Assembly: GCA_963816145.1 (NCBI GenBank)
Contig: CAWFJP010000002.1
Span: 288,245-352,244, forward strand
Source of the DNA: an uncultured delta proteobacterium
Lineage (GTDB): Bacteria > Desulfobacterota > Binatia > UBA9968
Reading direction: 5' to 3'
DNA: 64,000 nucleotides
Shown: positions 20,801 through 31,295 of the stretch, in pieces
Numbering within the stretch: position 1 is the first letter of the stretch
Layout of the letters: every line of letters begins with the position of its first letter
Notes under the pieces: model-generated
What the model was told of the DNA's origin: nothing
Database searches by the model: none
What the model saw: the letters and a program-made list of their open reading frames with translations, nothing else
Program-made: the position numbers and the translations under genes

Positions 20801-20977
20801 GTTGCAAGTTTTAACATCACGGGAAGGATTGACGACCCGACAATTACTCCGGCGCCGCTGGGCACCCTCTCGGAAATGTTCTGGGGCGTTCTTGGCATTC
20901 CAAAATCAATAATTACCCTTGGCGAGCCGGAAAAAACGGACGAGCCGGCGGAGCCGGCGAAACCGGCGCCGAAATGA
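17858..20977 (+). CDS. AsmA/YhdP-like large periplasmic protein
   Basis: N-terminal TM anchor, repetitive beta-rich body, AsmA_2-like C-terminus (IPILG...F.ITG..DDP.I). Confidence 0.8.
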   Translation: MKKLLKIGAFISITGVLFFIVCTVAFYHLVRVGELRSFLIEEIEKNTALKVDLGAADLEVGWVTGVGFRDVSIAMPESAAPEITAARITARVALLPLLHRQIIFYEIRLQQPTVALVGDTEGHLPLLDKLLNLPLLKRENSDFSLDLQSIKIHNGAIDYVDRRTTVSVGEWRLRKADIDIERVRGQKLREFMTDLIARQAGESNGAALHFALKGEVERDHASMQLNASGRLVFPQEALVLNQARWYADIDLVDFPAELIKAQLSAHLPIKSASGHLAQRLHVEGYPDKQLRMKGDLEFKNIAIDAPELLLAPLTGASGRTTFEADWSREKLAIKRADLRIGDVKFTFAGSLGALEGAEPHLSLQLSELSAPLATLRRYLPVRIIESPQWETSLNSIQTGQVVLKGAGVNATLGELRRLAQTGIGKQLWFDAELRDVSGSLAARGTLPLRGVSGRVSLHDGRLTARDLKGAYGDSQLLDVDGSYDLTPSGRGGFELAARGDFNLAELREQLKGEFISESVGKIVASIHELDGRSRVDLTLTRMASEPLQFAGKVALDNARLRYEDYALDEIKGELAFSPKEIKGEKIRAQLSGSPVQLQLTLKDYAADGGSFDLGVESGGVRAGVITRLLLSQGTLNDPGIVRGAVRYRGAFADKNTHKFTGDLELTNVQLMLKPLLQPLRELNGKIKIDETGIDFQSVKGLLVGAPANFSGRWRYAEKPPLLFNFAAPNLDVTYLISQIDAEASEFYAKLQAEGKITLAKGRIKNFEFNDMKCDATIDRRVWRLTNLTARSAGGTVVGGTTIHDRPDTLGIVAEPKIQGVPVQSFLKWFDLTNTEMTGRVNITGKLETVGNSDPELKQNLNGAFNMRIEDGTINRMRVVVQLLNLLDLSRWFTLQLPDLTKQGIRFRAITADFKVVKGVYATENLVVDSSDLRMTGIGKIDVPKDELDFVVAVRPFAGIDSAINQIPILGRGIAAIKNSFLVASFNITGRIDDPTITPAPLGTLSEMFWGVLGIPKSIITLGEPEKTDEPAEPAKPAPK

Positions 20978-21267
20978 AAGCCAAGCTGGCGCTCTACACG
21001 CGGCGGGATTGTTGTTTGTGCGACGAGATGAAAGCGGCGATTCGACAAGCCGCCGCCGCGGCATCGTTCGATTTCGAGGAGATCGACATCGATACCAACC
21101 GAGAGCTGCAAGCGCGTTTTAACGATCAAGTGCCGGTGCTCTTCATCGACGGACGCAAGGCGTTCAAATACCGCGTCACCGCCAAACAGCTGGCAAATCG
21201 AATCAGCCGAAAACGTTCGAGACTTTTCACGGGGCTCGCGAGTTTACTGGGAAAGGGGTCATCATGA
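20974..21267 (+). CDS. Glutaredoxin-like protein (DUF836)
   Basis: LYTRRDCCLCD, EIDID, VPVLFIDG. Confidence 0.82.
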   Translation: MKAKLALYTRRDCCLCDEMKAAIRQAAAAASFDFEEIDIDTNRELQARFNDQVPVLFIDGRKAFKYRVTAKQLANRISRKRSRLFTGLASLLGKGSS

Positions 21268-22265
21268 ACGCAAAGCGTCTTCCGCTCTTCCTGCTGATCG
21301 TAGTGTTGACTCAAGCGCGCCTAACCTCGGCCGCCGATCGTCTGATCGGCGCACAGTCGGCGCGGGTCATGTCTCAATCGATGCCGTGGATCGCCGAGGA
21401 AACCGGCATTTTTCGGAAGTACAATTTAGAATTTCCGCTGGTCTACATCGGCACCTCGCCGCTGGCGACGGCGGCGATGTTGGGTGGCGAGGCGCAGCTC
21501 TTGATCGACGGCGGGGTCGGTTTGGTGCGCACGGTGGTGGGCGGTAACAACGATCTGGTGTTCATCGCCGGCATCAAGAATCATTTGACCCAGAGCATAC
21601 TCGCCAAGCCGGAGATCAAACGACTGGAAGATTTGCGCGGCAAGAAGATCGGCGTCACGCGGATCGGCGCGACGACGCATTATTTCGCGATTCAGGCTTT
21701 CAAGCGGCGCGGCATGGAAGCGGGCAAGGATTATTCCATGATTCAGACCGGCGGCGCGCCGGAGATGTTGGCGGCGCTCCTGTCGGGCGCCATTGATGCC
21801 GGGACCATGTCGGCGCCCTGGGATGCCCGGGCGATTTCCCAAGGCTATGGTTACGTTGTCTATGGCCCCGATCTGGCCATCCCGCAAGTGGCCGTGTCGT
21901 TCATCACGCGGCGTTCTTTTATTGCGCAAAACTCGCCGCTGCTCGGCCGTTTCATGCGCGCCATGGCCGAGGCCGCAAAGATTCTCCATACTGATAAAGA
22001 AATTGTTTTCAAAGTCCTGAGCAAATATCTGCGCATTGACGATCGCAAGGTGCTCGAGCAAGCCTATAGCGCTGAGATCAAAGCTCTCGAGCCGCGCATG
22101 GAGTTGCGCCTCGAAGCGGTCCAGGCGATCCTCGACGACATTGCGCCCACCGATGCGCGGGCGCGGAAATACAAACCGCAGGAACTTTACGACCGGCGCT
22201 ACTTGGACGAAATGGAAAAGAGCGGGTTCATGGACAAGTTATGGAGCGGGGCGGTGGCGCGATGA
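21264..22265 (+). CDS. NitT/TauT-type substrate-binding protein (no adjacent permease)
   Basis: Signal peptide, PWIA.E.G.F.KY, IKRLEDLRGKKIGVTR.G. Confidence 0.85.
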   Translation: MNAKRLPLFLLIVVLTQARLTSAADRLIGAQSARVMSQSMPWIAEETGIFRKYNLEFPLVYIGTSPLATAAMLGGEAQLLIDGGVGLVRTVVGGNNDLVFIAGIKNHLTQSILAKPEIKRLEDLRGKKIGVTRIGATTHYFAIQAFKRRGMEAGKDYSMIQTGGAPEMLAALLSGAIDAGTMSAPWDARAISQGYGYVVYGPDLAIPQVAVSFITRRSFIAQNSPLLGRFMRAMAEAAKILHTDKEIVFKVLSKYLRIDDRKVLEQAYSAEIKALEPRMELRLEAVQAILDDIAPTDARARKYKPQELYDRRYLDEMEKSGFMDKLWSGAVAR

Positions 22266-22777
22266 ACGTCGAAGGTCTGACGAAGCTCGCAGGTAGTTCT
22301 GCTTAATTATTGTGACGCGGAGACAGAGTTAATTTTCGATTAGAATTTGAGCGGTATCAGGATTCTAGGGTTCGATTGATGGAGAATTCAGTTCAATCGT
22401 GGATTAATGCTTTGCGGCTGAGCGGCATGTTTTACGTGGTGCCCTTTCAGGCCGCGTCTTAGATCGTACGAAAACACTGACAAAACCAGTGAAGCACCCG
22501 GTAGAGTTTGGACCGCTCCCCCCAAAACGAAGTCGCACCGATGCAACCAGTCGTAGCCGTTTGAGCTTTCTGAGATCAGGTTGCTCGTCTGACGGGAAAT
22601 TGGTGCAGCGCCCTCGATAATTGTAATACATTCTCGGAGGCGGCATCTGTTCGGTTCACTCCAAATATTGGCAGTTTTCAACTTCCCTCAACAGTCCTGC
22701 ATCCGGCTATCGCTCGCGGTGAGCAGCGCGGCAGAGCGGCGATCAGGGTACTGCGAAAATAGTCGGGTTAGAACAAA

Positions 22778-23218
22778 TCACGCTACACGTCGTCCGTGGA
22801 CATAGTCACTAAGCGTTCGTCGCAGATTATCGTACAACACTGGTTTTTGCGAACAAACCCCGATTCCGCATCGATTGAGATCGGAAACATCGGGCATCGG
22901 ATCGTTTTTTACCATTCCGATGACGAATATATTTGGCCTTCTGTCCAGGGCAAACTGCACAATATATGTCCATTCCGGCATATCAAGATCCACAATCAGC
23001 ACAGCTGGATCATTGGTTCTGAAATAGGAAATTGCCGTTATCGGGTTGTCTGTCTGGAAGACGCGATAGCCATCGCAGCTAAGCACGGCTGCAAGAATTA
23101 CTCTTGAAATCGTCTCATGTTCGACGACGATGGCTGTGATAGGAAACCCGCTGACAAGTTTCCGTTGTTCATTTGTGTTTTCGTGCTTTTCCAAAATAAG
23201 TGCGTCTGGCGTGAACAT
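22778..23218 (-). CDS. Single-domain response regulator receiver, divergent
   Basis: IVVEHE, VLIVDLDMP (phospho-Asp), QKP. Confidence 0.6.
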   Translation of the reverse strand: MFTPDALILEKHENTNEQRKLVSGFPITAIVVEHETISRVILAAVLSCDGYRVFQTDNPITAISYFRTNDPAVLIVDLDMPEWTYIVQFALDRRPNIFVIGMVKNDPMPDVSDLNRCGIGVCSQKPVLYDNLRRTLSDYVHGRRVA

Positions 23219-23244
23219 ATTTTCTCCCTTCGTTAAACTTACCA

Positions 23245-23541
23245 TCAACGTTGATACGGATTCAGCTGGTATTGATTTGGACTATGTGATCGAAAGTTGT
23301 TTCTGTTTTGGTACTGTTCCAAGTAGCGATTGGGATTACCCGCAGCTGGTTTTCCGGTGTAAGGGTTTACCTTTCCAGGATATGACCGGTTGTTATAAGG
23401 ATTACCGTAGGGCCTACTCCGGTAGTGCCCACCCACGTAGGTTCCGTCTTTCCGCGTGTATGGATCAACCCAGACCTGAGCACTCGCCACGGTGAGCCAA
23501 GTAAAGACAATAGCAACAGTGAGAATGCAGATCTTTTTCAC
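23245..23541 (-). CDS. Small secreted protein with Y.RKDGTYV.GHYRS motif
   Basis: GTG start at 23541 after GGGAGA; signal peptide (ASA-Q), VDPYTRKDGTYVGGHYRSRP, NPYTGK. Confidence 0.7.
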   Translation of the reverse strand: MKKICILTVAIVFTWLTVASAQVWVDPYTRKDGTYVGGHYRSRPYGNPYNNRSYPGKVNPYTGKPAAGNPNRYLEQYQNRNNFRSHSPNQYQLNPYQR

Positions 23542-24095
23542 CTTCGATCTCCCTTCGAGCGATCCGCCTCTAATTTCGAGAGCAACCGTCGTGCCGATCC
23601 CGCATCGAATGAAATCGAGCACTTCGCTTGTATCGTTGTCGCCACTACGTGTCACGATGGCAAAGCTTGGCAGAGACAATCTCCGGTGAATGAGACTCTC
23701 GAACGTTTTTACGAATACTTGGTAAAATCTCGCCGGGCAGCTTTTGGCAATCAAGAACCTTTCCGTATCGGAGCACACAGGGGCGAATAAAAGGAATTCT
23801 TGTTTGCGTGCTGTTATTCGCCGTCGCGGCATCACAAACAACGGCTCACTCTACTGGGTTCGAGACCTGGGCAAGTATTTGCCGCAGGATTGAACTGTAA
23901 GACGCTGTAGCACGATCGTATTATCGGGATTAAAGAAGTTAAATGGTCCGATGGTGGAAGTGCATGTGCCGGCCAAAGAGATCGGGGTGATGGTTGTGCC
24001 CGCGGCAATTTGCCAAAGGCAGTCGCACTGATCGCAGACTCGCCATGAGATCGCTCTAGTGGGTTTGAATTTTCTATCTGCTCCGGAGGCCGGTT

Positions 24096-24514
24096 ATGAG
24101 AGCTAACAGATCAAGTGGATTCAGCTTGGGGTTAGTAGTTTTGTCGGCATCGTTGATTGTTCCTGTTCACCTCTTTGCCGCGCAACCAGCTCAAGCGCCG
24201 GCGGTCAAAGAGCCGCCGAGGCAGACTGCGCCGGCGAGTGATAAGAACACGACTTGGAAATTGGCTGGGCACTCGCCAGCGATTGCGCGCCGCTGGACAT
24301 CCTGAGCAAGCGGGGACCGGCTCAAGGTGACATCAAGAGTCTTAAGCAGTTAGCCGACATGCTCAAGGACAACGGGCACGAGGCGGAGATGAAAGAATTT
24401 AAAGCCGGCATCCGGCCGGCGGTGGAAGTGCGGTCGCCGTCAGCCGGGATTCACGTCATGTTCATACACCAAGAGCACTGTGACAAGAAACCGCCGGCGG
24501 TTGAGAAGAAGTAG
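24096..24514 (+). CDS. Hypothetical secreted protein, apparently frameshifted
   Basis: GGAGG RBS, signal peptide and Pro/Ala linker in 24096-24305; coding-like continuation in overlapping ORF 24254-24514. Confidence 0.5.
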
Positions 24515-24516
24515 GG

Positions 24517-26352
24517 CTAATCTTCCTGTTCGTGGCGCCGCCGCGGCCGGTCGGCCTGTTTGAGAATCTTCTTGCGCAGCCGAATCGACTGCGGCGTCAC
24601 TTCCACCAATTCATCGTCGGCGATCCATTCCAAGGCGGCTTCCAGGCCCATTTCCCGGTGCGGTGAGATGATGATGTTTTCGTCCTTGCCGGCGGCGCGC
24701 ATGTTGGTGAGCTTTTTCTCTTTACAGACGTTGACGTTAAGATCGTTTTCGCGCGAGTACTCGCCGACCACCATGCCTTCGTAGACTTTGGTGCCGGGCG
24801 CGATGAACAAGACGCCGCGTTCCTGCAAGTGATATATCGCGTAGGGCGGGGCCACGCCTTCGCGGTCGGCGACCATGGCGGCGTTGGTGCGCGATTGAAT
24901 CGGCCCATGCCACGGCTCCCAGCCGTTGAACAGCGCGTTCATGATGCCGGTGCCGCGGGTGTCGGTGAGAAAGCGCGAGCGAAAGCCAATCAAGCCGCGC
25001 GACGGCACGGCGAATTCCAAGCGCACGCGGCTCGTGCCGGCGTGGATCATCTTGGTCATCTTGCCCTTGCGCATGGCCAACAGCTGCGACACCACGCCGA
25101 TAAAATCTTCGGGAATGTCGATCACCAGCAGTTCCATCGGTTCGTGGACCACGCCGTCAATTTCACGGGTGATGACCGTGGGCTTGGAGACCATCATTTC
25201 GTAACCTTCGCGGCGCATGGTCTCGATGACGATGGCCAGAGCGAATTCACCGCGCCCGGTGACTTGGAAGGCATCGGCGGTGGCGGTCTCTTCGACGCGC
25301 AGACTGACATTGCGCCGGGCCTCGAAGAACAAGCGTTCGCGCAGTTTACGCGAGGTGACATGCTCGCCTTCACGGCCGGACCAGGGCGAATTGTTGGCGA
25401 TGAACAACATTGCGATGGTCGGCTCGTCGATGCGTAGCGGCGGCAGGGCCAGCGGCTTTTCCCGGTCGGTGATGGTGTCACCGATGCCAATGTCTTCAAT
25501 GCCGGCAATGGCGGCGATGTCACCGGCTTGCACCGAGGGGACCTCGACGCGCTTGAGCCCTTGCCAGCCGTAGACTTGGGTAATTTTGACGACCTCTTGC
25601 TTGCCGCCGACGCGGCAGAGCATGTATTGCCCCGGCGCTAGGGAGCCGTTTTTGACTCGGCCCACGGCGAGCCGGCCGACGTAGTCGTTGTAATCGAGGT
25701 TGTTGGCTTGGAATTGTGTCGGCATCGCCGGGTCATAGCTGGGCTCCGGCAGTGTGTTGACGATTAGCTCGAACATCGGCTTCAAATTTTCACCAGGGTG
25801 TTTCAGATCCAATGTCGCGGTGCCGGCGCGGGCGTTGGTATAGACGACCGGAAAGTCGAGCTGGTCTTCGCTGGCGTCGAGATCGATAAACAGATCGTAG
25901 ATTTCGTCGAGCACCTCGGCGATGCGCGCGTCCGGCCGGTCGATTTTGTTGATGCAGACGATCGGGGTGAGTTTGGCTTCGAGCGCCTTTTTTAAGACGA
26001 AGCGGGTCTGCGGCAGCGGGCCTTCCGAGGCGTCGACCAGCAGCATGACGCCATCGACCATCGCCAAGGTCCTTTCCACTTCGCCGCCGAAGTCGGCGTG
26101 GCCGGGGGTGTCGACGATATTGATCTTGACGTTGGCGTAATGGATCGAGGTGTTTTTTGCCATGATCGTGATGCCGCGCTCGCGTTCGAGGTCCATGGAG
26201 TCCATGACCCGCTCGGCGACCTGTTCGTTGGCGCGGAAAATGCCGCTCTGGTGCAGCAAGGCGTCGACCAAAGTGGTTTTGCCATGGTCGACGTGGGCGA
26301 TGATCGCGATGTTGCGCAGATCGCCGCGGTGGGCGAGTTGAGCTTGAGTCAT
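24517..26352 (-). CDS. typA: Translational GTPase TypA/BipA
   Basis: [46 protein letters not shown]. Confidence 0.97.
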   Translation of the reverse strand: MTQAQLAHRGDLRNIAIIAHVDHGKTTLVDALLHQSGIFRANEQVAERVMDSMDLERERGITIMAKNTSIHYANVKINIVDTPGHADFGGEVERTLAMVDGVMLLVDASEGPLPQTRFVLKKALEAKLTPIVCINKIDRPDARIAEVLDEIYDLFIDLDASEDQLDFPVVYTNARAGTATLDLKHPGENLKPMFELIVNTLPEPSYDPAMPTQFQANNLDYNDYVGRLAVGRVKNGSLAPGQYMLCRVGGKQEVVKITQVYGWQGLKRVEVPSVQAGDIAAIAGIEDIGIGDTITDREKPLALPPLRIDEPTIAMLFIANNSPWSGREGEHVTSRKLRERLFFEARRNVSLRVEETATADAFQVTGRGEFALAIVIETMRREGYEMMVSKPTVITREIDGVVHEPMELLVIDIPEDFIGVVSQLLAMRKGKMTKMIHAGTSRVRLEFAVPSRGLIGFRSRFLTDTRGTGIMNALFNGWEPWHGPIQSRTNAAMVADREGVAPPYAIYHLQERGVLFIAPGTKVYEGMVVGEYSRENDLNVNVCKEKKLTNMRAAGKDENIIISPHREMGLEAALEWIADDELVEVTPQSIRLRKKILKQADRPRRRHEQED

Positions 26353-26476
26353 AACCGAGTGTTATTAAAGTTCGACCGTGCGAAGTCAAGCTGGCAAGGA
26401 AAAGTCCCGCAATTCTCAGGCATTGGAAGTCGTTACCTTGCGATTGCCGGTGTCGTAGAGTATTTTTAAAGATTAC

Positions 26477-28216
26477 ATGGGGCGGCTGTGGCAATATCTA
26501 AGGCGATACTCGAAGCGCTACTTGATTGGTGGGGTATGCCTGCTCGGCACCGCGACCCTGGTCATGATGATTCCCTGGTGGACCCGGGCTGTGGTGCGCA
26601 TCATCGAGCAGGGAGGGTCGCTTGGCGATGTGAGGTTTTACGCCTTGCTAATCATCGCTGCGGCGGTCTTGCAAGGTTTCGTGCGCACCTACTCGCGGGC
26701 GTTGATTTTCAACGCCGGCCGCGATGTCGAATACGATCTGCGCAACGATCTGTTCTCGCACCTGGAAAAACTGCCGCTGGCTTTTTATCAAGCCAACCGT
26801 ACCGGCGATCTGATGTCACGGGTGATCAACGATATCTCCGCCGTGCGCGTCATGCTCGGCCCCGGCGTGCTCAATTTCGCCAACGCGCCGCTCTATTACG
26901 TCTATGCGGTCGTTCTCATGCTGTCGATGGATGTGCGCATGACTCTGGCGGCGTTGGCGCCTTTCCCCCTGCTCATGTTTGTCGCTCGGGTATTTCGCGG
27001 TCGGATCATGAAGAGTTCGCTCGAAGTGCAGCAGCAGATGTCGGTATTGAGCAGCCATGTGCAGGAAAACTTGAGCGGCATGCATGTGGTCAAAGCCTAT
27101 TCCCAGGAAGAGTTTCAAACCCAGCAGTTCGTCGGCCTCAACAAAGACTACGAAGTCAAAAGCATGCAGATGGCCAAGATGCGCGGCATTGTCAATCCGG
27201 TGATGCAGGGAATTAACGGCCTCACCGTGCTGATCGTCATCTGGTACGGCGGCGTGCGGGTCATGCGCGGCGATTTGTTGGTGGCGGATATCGTCGCGTT
27301 CATCGCCTATCTGAACGTTTTAGCCTGGCCGACCGCAGCCTTTGGCTGGATGCTATCGCTGGTCGAGCGCGGCCGGGCAGCGATGGGCCGGCTCGAGGAA
27401 ATTCTCGAAACCGAGCCGGCCATCGCCAGCCCAGCGGCGCCGTTGCCCGTGCAAGGACTTAAAGACGGCATCGAATTTCGCAATGTCTCGTTCGCCTACA
27501 ATAGCCAACGCAACGGTCACTCGGCTCTCAAAGGAATCAGCTTCAAACTCACAGTCGGCAAGTCGGTCGGATTGGTCGGCCGCATCGGTTCGGGCAAGAG
27601 CACGGTTGCTCAACTGGTGCCGCGGCTGTTTGACGTCAGCAGCGGCGAGATTCTCTTGGACGGCCGCAACCTCACCCAGCTGACGCTATCGGATCTGCGC
27701 CGGATGATGGGTTATGTGCCCCAGGACCCGTTTCTGTTTTCGAACACGCTACGCCGTAATATTGCCCTGGGCCGCGAAGAGTATAGCGAAGGAGAGCTTG
27801 ACCGGGCGATCAAGATCGCCAAGCTTGACCGAGATTTGGAAATCTTTCCCAAAGGTTTGGAAACCATGGTCGGCGAGCGCGGCGTGACGCTATCCGGCGG
27901 GCAAAAACAGCGCGCGACGTTGGCGCGGGCACTGATCATGGACTCGCCGGTGTTAGTGCTGGACGACTGTTTGTCGAGCGTCGATGCTCAAACCGAGGCG
28001 GAGATTCTCGCTGGGCTAAGGCACTTTCTCAAGGAAAAAACCTGCCTGATTATCTCGCACCGCATTTCGGCGGTGAAAGCGGCCGATGAGATTCTGGTTC
28101 TCGACGAAGGCGAGATCATCGAGCGCGGCGATCACGAAGCCCTGGTGCGCCGGGGCGGCGTCTATGCGGATCTCTACCAGCAGCAACGCTTGAGCGAGGA
28201 GCTCGAACAAATCTAA
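26477..28216 (+). CDS. ABC exporter fused TMD-NBD, subunit A of an MdlAB-type heterodimer
   Basis: TGDLMSR, GRIGSGKST, LSGGQKQR, degenerate Walker B LDDCLSSVD. Confidence 0.9.
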   Translation: MGRLWQYLRRYSKRYLIGGVCLLGTATLVMMIPWWTRAVVRIIEQGGSLGDVRFYALLIIAAAVLQGFVRTYSRALIFNAGRDVEYDLRNDLFSHLEKLPLAFYQANRTGDLMSRVINDISAVRVMLGPGVLNFANAPLYYVYAVVLMLSMDVRMTLAALAPFPLLMFVARVFRGRIMKSSLEVQQQMSVLSSHVQENLSGMHVVKAYSQEEFQTQQFVGLNKDYEVKSMQMAKMRGIVNPVMQGINGLTVLIVIWYGGVRVMRGDLLVADIVAFIAYLNVLAWPTAAFGWMLSLVERGRAAMGRLEEILETEPAIASPAAPLPVQGLKDGIEFRNVSFAYNSQRNGHSALKGISFKLTVGKSVGLVGRIGSGKSTVAQLVPRLFDVSSGEILLDGRNLTQLTLSDLRRMMGYVPQDPFLFSNTLRRNIALGREEYSEGELDRAIKIAKLDRDLEIFPKGLETMVGERGVTLSGGQKQRATLARALIMDSPVLVLDDCLSSVDAQTEAEILAGLRHFLKEKTCLIISHRISAVKAADEILVLDEGEIIERGDHEALVRRGGVYADLYQQQRLSEELEQI

Positions 28217-30030
28217 TGGCCCAGGCAGCGGAGCAAGAGGAAGTCCTCGGCAAAGCCTACGACCTGCGGCTGATCCAGCGCTTGTGGAAGTTCATTATTC
28301 CTTACAAGCGGTTGTTTTACTTCACCATGCTGCTGTTGCCGCTGCAGCAAGCCTTCGGCGTGGCCCAGCCCTATTTAATGAAGATTGGTATCGACCGATA
28401 CATCGCCGGCAAGGATCTTTGGGGTTTGAAGAATGTCATGCTGCTGTTCCTCGCCGCCCTGATCGGCGAGGCCGTGGCGGCGTTCGCGCACCAGTATTTC
28501 TCCATGCTGGTGGCGCAGCGCTGTTTGGCCGACATGCGGGCGGCGGTTTTTGCCCATGTGCAGAAACTGCCGATGAGTTATTTCGACCGCAATCCTGTGG
28601 GCCGATTGGTGACGCGCATGACGACCGATGTCGACGTACTCCAGGAAATGTTTTCCTCAGGCGTGCTGACCCTGCTCTCCGATTTTATCATGGTGGTGTG
28701 GATCGTCAGCATCATGTTCTATCTGAATGTCGGCTTGGCCTTGGTGTCCTTGGCGTTGATCCCGCCGATGATGTTCGCCATCAACTTTTTCCGCGTCAAA
28801 GCGCGGCAGAACTACCGCCAGATCCGCGAGCGCATCGCCCGGGTGAACGCCTATCTGGGAGAGGCGATTTCCGGCATGACGGTGATCCATCTGTTTTCTC
28901 GCGAGGCGAAAACCTACCGCGAGTTCGAAGAACTCAACGCCGATCATCGCGACGCGTATCATCTGTCGAACACCTACGAGGCGGCACTCTATTCCATGGT
29001 CGAGGCCGCCGGATCGGTGAGCTTAGGGCTTTTGCTCTGGTACGGCGGCGGCGAGGTTTTGCACGGTATCATCGGCATCGGCACAGTGGTGGCTTTCAAG
29101 GAATACGTGAACCGGTTCTATGTGCCGATGCGCGATTTTAGCCAGAAGTACGCGGTCATGCAGTCGGCGATGGCGTCGGCGGAGCGGATTTTTCAACTGC
29201 TGGATACGCCGGTCGATATTCAAAATATCCAAAACGCCCTGGTGCCCAAGCCGTTTCGCGGCGAAGTGGTTTTCGACAACGTCTGGTTCAACTACAAAGC
29301 CGGCGATCCGGTCTTGAAAGGCGTCTCGTTCCGCATTGCGCCGGGAGAGAAAGTCGCCGTCGTCGGCGCCACCGGCTCCGGCAAGACGACGACTATCAAG
29401 CTGCTCAACCGCTCCTACGATATTCAACAGGGTTCGATCAAAGTCAGCGGCGTCGACGTGCGCGAGTGGGATCTCCACGCGCTGCGCCGCCATATCGGCG
29501 TGGTGTTGCAGGATGTGTTTTTGTTTTCCGGCGATGTGCGCGGCAACTTGATCCTGGGCGATCCCACGGTTTCCCAAGAGCGCGTCGAACAAGCGGCGAA
29601 GCATGCCAATGCCGATCAATTTATTCGCCAGTTGCCCGACGGCTACCTCTCCCAGGTGCGCGAACGAGGCAGCAACTTCTCGGCGGGGCAACGGCAACTC
29701 TTGTCGCTCGCGCGGGTGCTGGTGTTCCGGCCAGAAATATTGGTGATGGACGAGGCGACTTCTAGCGTCGACACCGAGACCGAAGCATTGATCCAAGATG
29801 CGCTGGAGAAAGTCATGCGCGACCGGACTTGTCTGTTGATCGCGCATCGGCTGTCGACGATCCGCAATGCTGACCGGATTATCGTGCTGCACCATGGCGA
29901 GGTGCGCGAGATGGGTTCCCACGCCGAGCTGATGGAACAGCGCGGCATCTATCACCGGCTGTACCAGCTGCAGTACGAGCGCGAGGAGTTAAAGCTCACC
30001 GGCCATGTCGAATCCAAGGTTGTTGCCTAG
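28216..30030 (+). CDS. ABC exporter fused TMD-NBD, subunit B
   Basis: GRLVTR, GATGSGKTT, FSAGQRQL, MDEATSSVD; stop and start overlap with subunit A. Confidence 0.9.
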   Translation: MAQAAEQEEVLGKAYDLRLIQRLWKFIIPYKRLFYFTMLLLPLQQAFGVAQPYLMKIGIDRYIAGKDLWGLKNVMLLFLAALIGEAVAAFAHQYFSMLVAQRCLADMRAAVFAHVQKLPMSYFDRNPVGRLVTRMTTDVDVLQEMFSSGVLTLLSDFIMVVWIVSIMFYLNVGLALVSLALIPPMMFAINFFRVKARQNYRQIRERIARVNAYLGEAISGMTVIHLFSREAKTYREFEELNADHRDAYHLSNTYEAALYSMVEAAGSVSLGLLLWYGGGEVLHGIIGIGTVVAFKEYVNRFYVPMRDFSQKYAVMQSAMASAERIFQLLDTPVDIQNIQNALVPKPFRGEVVFDNVWFNYKAGDPVLKGVSFRIAPGEKVAVVGATGSGKTTTIKLLNRSYDIQQGSIKVSGVDVREWDLHALRRHIGVVLQDVFLFSGDVRGNLILGDPTVSQERVEQAAKHANADQFIRQLPDGYLSQVRERGSNFSAGQRQLLSLARVLVFRPEILVMDEATSSVDTETEALIQDALEKVMRDRTCLLIAHRLSTIRNADRIIVLHHGEVREMGSHAELMEQRGIYHRLYQLQYEREELKLTGHVESKVVA

Positions 30031-31147
30031 CAATCTCGTGCGCGCTGTCCTTGGGAGATCATTGCGGTTTGTTCGTCTAAATCGAGCGGCCTCTTTTCAG
30101 TCCATCCGAGTCGGAGTATTGGTAATGACGCTCATGTCTTTGCTTTCCGCCTGTTCTCCGATCTACGTTCTGCGCGCCGCCTATGAAGAGGGAAAAATTC
30201 TCTGGCGCCGCCAACCGATCGCGGAATATATCCAGCAGCCGGATGTTAACGCCGAGACCCAGGAGAAGCTCAAAACCGTTCTGGCGGTGCGCGAGTATGC
30301 CCGCGATGTTCTCAAGCTCAACGTCGGCGGCAGCTATGGGAGCTACTCCTACGTCGATCGGCCGGACCTGACCTACGTTGTCGTCGCCGCGCCTAAGACC
30401 GAGCTGCGGCCTTACACCTGGTGGTTTCTGATCGTCGGCAGCGTGCCGTACAAGGGTTACTTCTCCAAGCAAGATGCTGAGGAAGAAATCGAACGTTTGA
30501 AGGCCGAAGGCTACGACACCAATCTGCGCACCTCGGCGGCGTTCAGCACTCTCGGCTGGTTCGACGATCCGTTGTTATCCCATCTGCTCAAGTACGACAA
30601 AGTCGGGCTTGCGGAAATTGTGTTTCACGAACTGTTTCACAACACGCTCTACATCAGCGGGCAAGGCGCTTTCAACGAAAGCGTCGCCAACTTCATCGGT
30701 CATCGAGCTGCGATTGAGTTTTTTCGCGTCAAATATGGCGCCGACAGCGCTGAACACAAGCGCGCGCTCGAGTGGTGGAGCGAAGAGCGGGAATTCGGAG
30801 CGTTTGTCGCGGAAGTCGTGCGCGATTTGACTGAACTGTACAAGAGCGAGATCCCGCGCGCCGACAAACTGCGGCTGCGCGAGCTGGTTTTTAGCCGCAG
30901 CAAGGCCGAATGGGCGCGCCGCATCGCCGAGCGGCCGACGCACCGCTTCCGCGGCTTCAGCCAACAGCCGTTCAACAATGCGGTACTGATGCACTACGCG
31001 GTTTACTTACAAGATTTGGACTTGTTCGAGTTGCTATATGACACCGCTGGACAGAAGCTGCCCAAAACCATTGAGCTATTGCAACAAGCCGTGGCGAACG
31101 GTGGCGATCCATTCGAGGCAGTGCGGCAATTAGTGAAGAATAATTAG
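30005..31147 (+). CDS. Putative zinc aminopeptidase lipoprotein (DUF2265)
   Basis: LSAC lipobox, YKGYF, AFSTLGWFDDP, HELFH...FNES; start uncertain. Confidence 0.8.
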   Translation: MSNPRLLPSNLVRAVLGRSLRFVRLNRAASFQSIRVGVLVMTLMSLLSACSPIYVLRAAYEEGKILWRRQPIAEYIQQPDVNAETQEKLKTVLAVREYARDVLKLNVGGSYGSYSYVDRPDLTYVVVAAPKTELRPYTWWFLIVGSVPYKGYFSKQDAEEEIERLKAEGYDTNLRTSAAFSTLGWFDDPLLSHLLKYDKVGLAEIVFHELFHNTLYISGQGAFNESVANFIGHRAAIEFFRVKYGADSAEHKRALEWWSEEREFGAFVAEVVRDLTELYKSEIPRADKLRLRELVFSRSKAEWARRIAERPTHRFRGFSQQPFNNAVLMHYAVYLQDLDLFELLYDTAGQKLPKTIELLQQAVANGGDPFEAVRQLVKNN

Positions 31148-31197
31148 CCGCAGCGCTCCGATTGAGGTTAACCCGCGATCAAATGCGAAGATTATTA

Positions 31198-31272
31198 TTT
31201 ACCACGAAGCGCGCGAGGGGTTAGGATAATTAAAATTCTGAACTTCGTGATCTTCGTGTCCTTCGCGGTGAG
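31198..31272. repeat. Palindromic repeat family B
   Basis: ACCACGAAGCGCGCGAG...CTTCGTGATCTTCGTGTCCTTCGCGGTGA. Confidence 0.7.
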
Positions 31273-31295
31273 ATAGTATCTCCCTATGCGGCTGG

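Noticed and set aside
22685-22775. CTAAC...GTT after the receiver stop codon, resembling an integron attC site
   Set aside because: The ends do not fit RYYYAAC/GTTRRRY or pair well, and there is no integrase or second site.
23854-23870. CTGGGTTCGAGACCTGG resembling a tRNA T-arm or att remnant
   Set aside because: No acceptor stem or other arms, and it does not match the tRNA-Asn 3' end.
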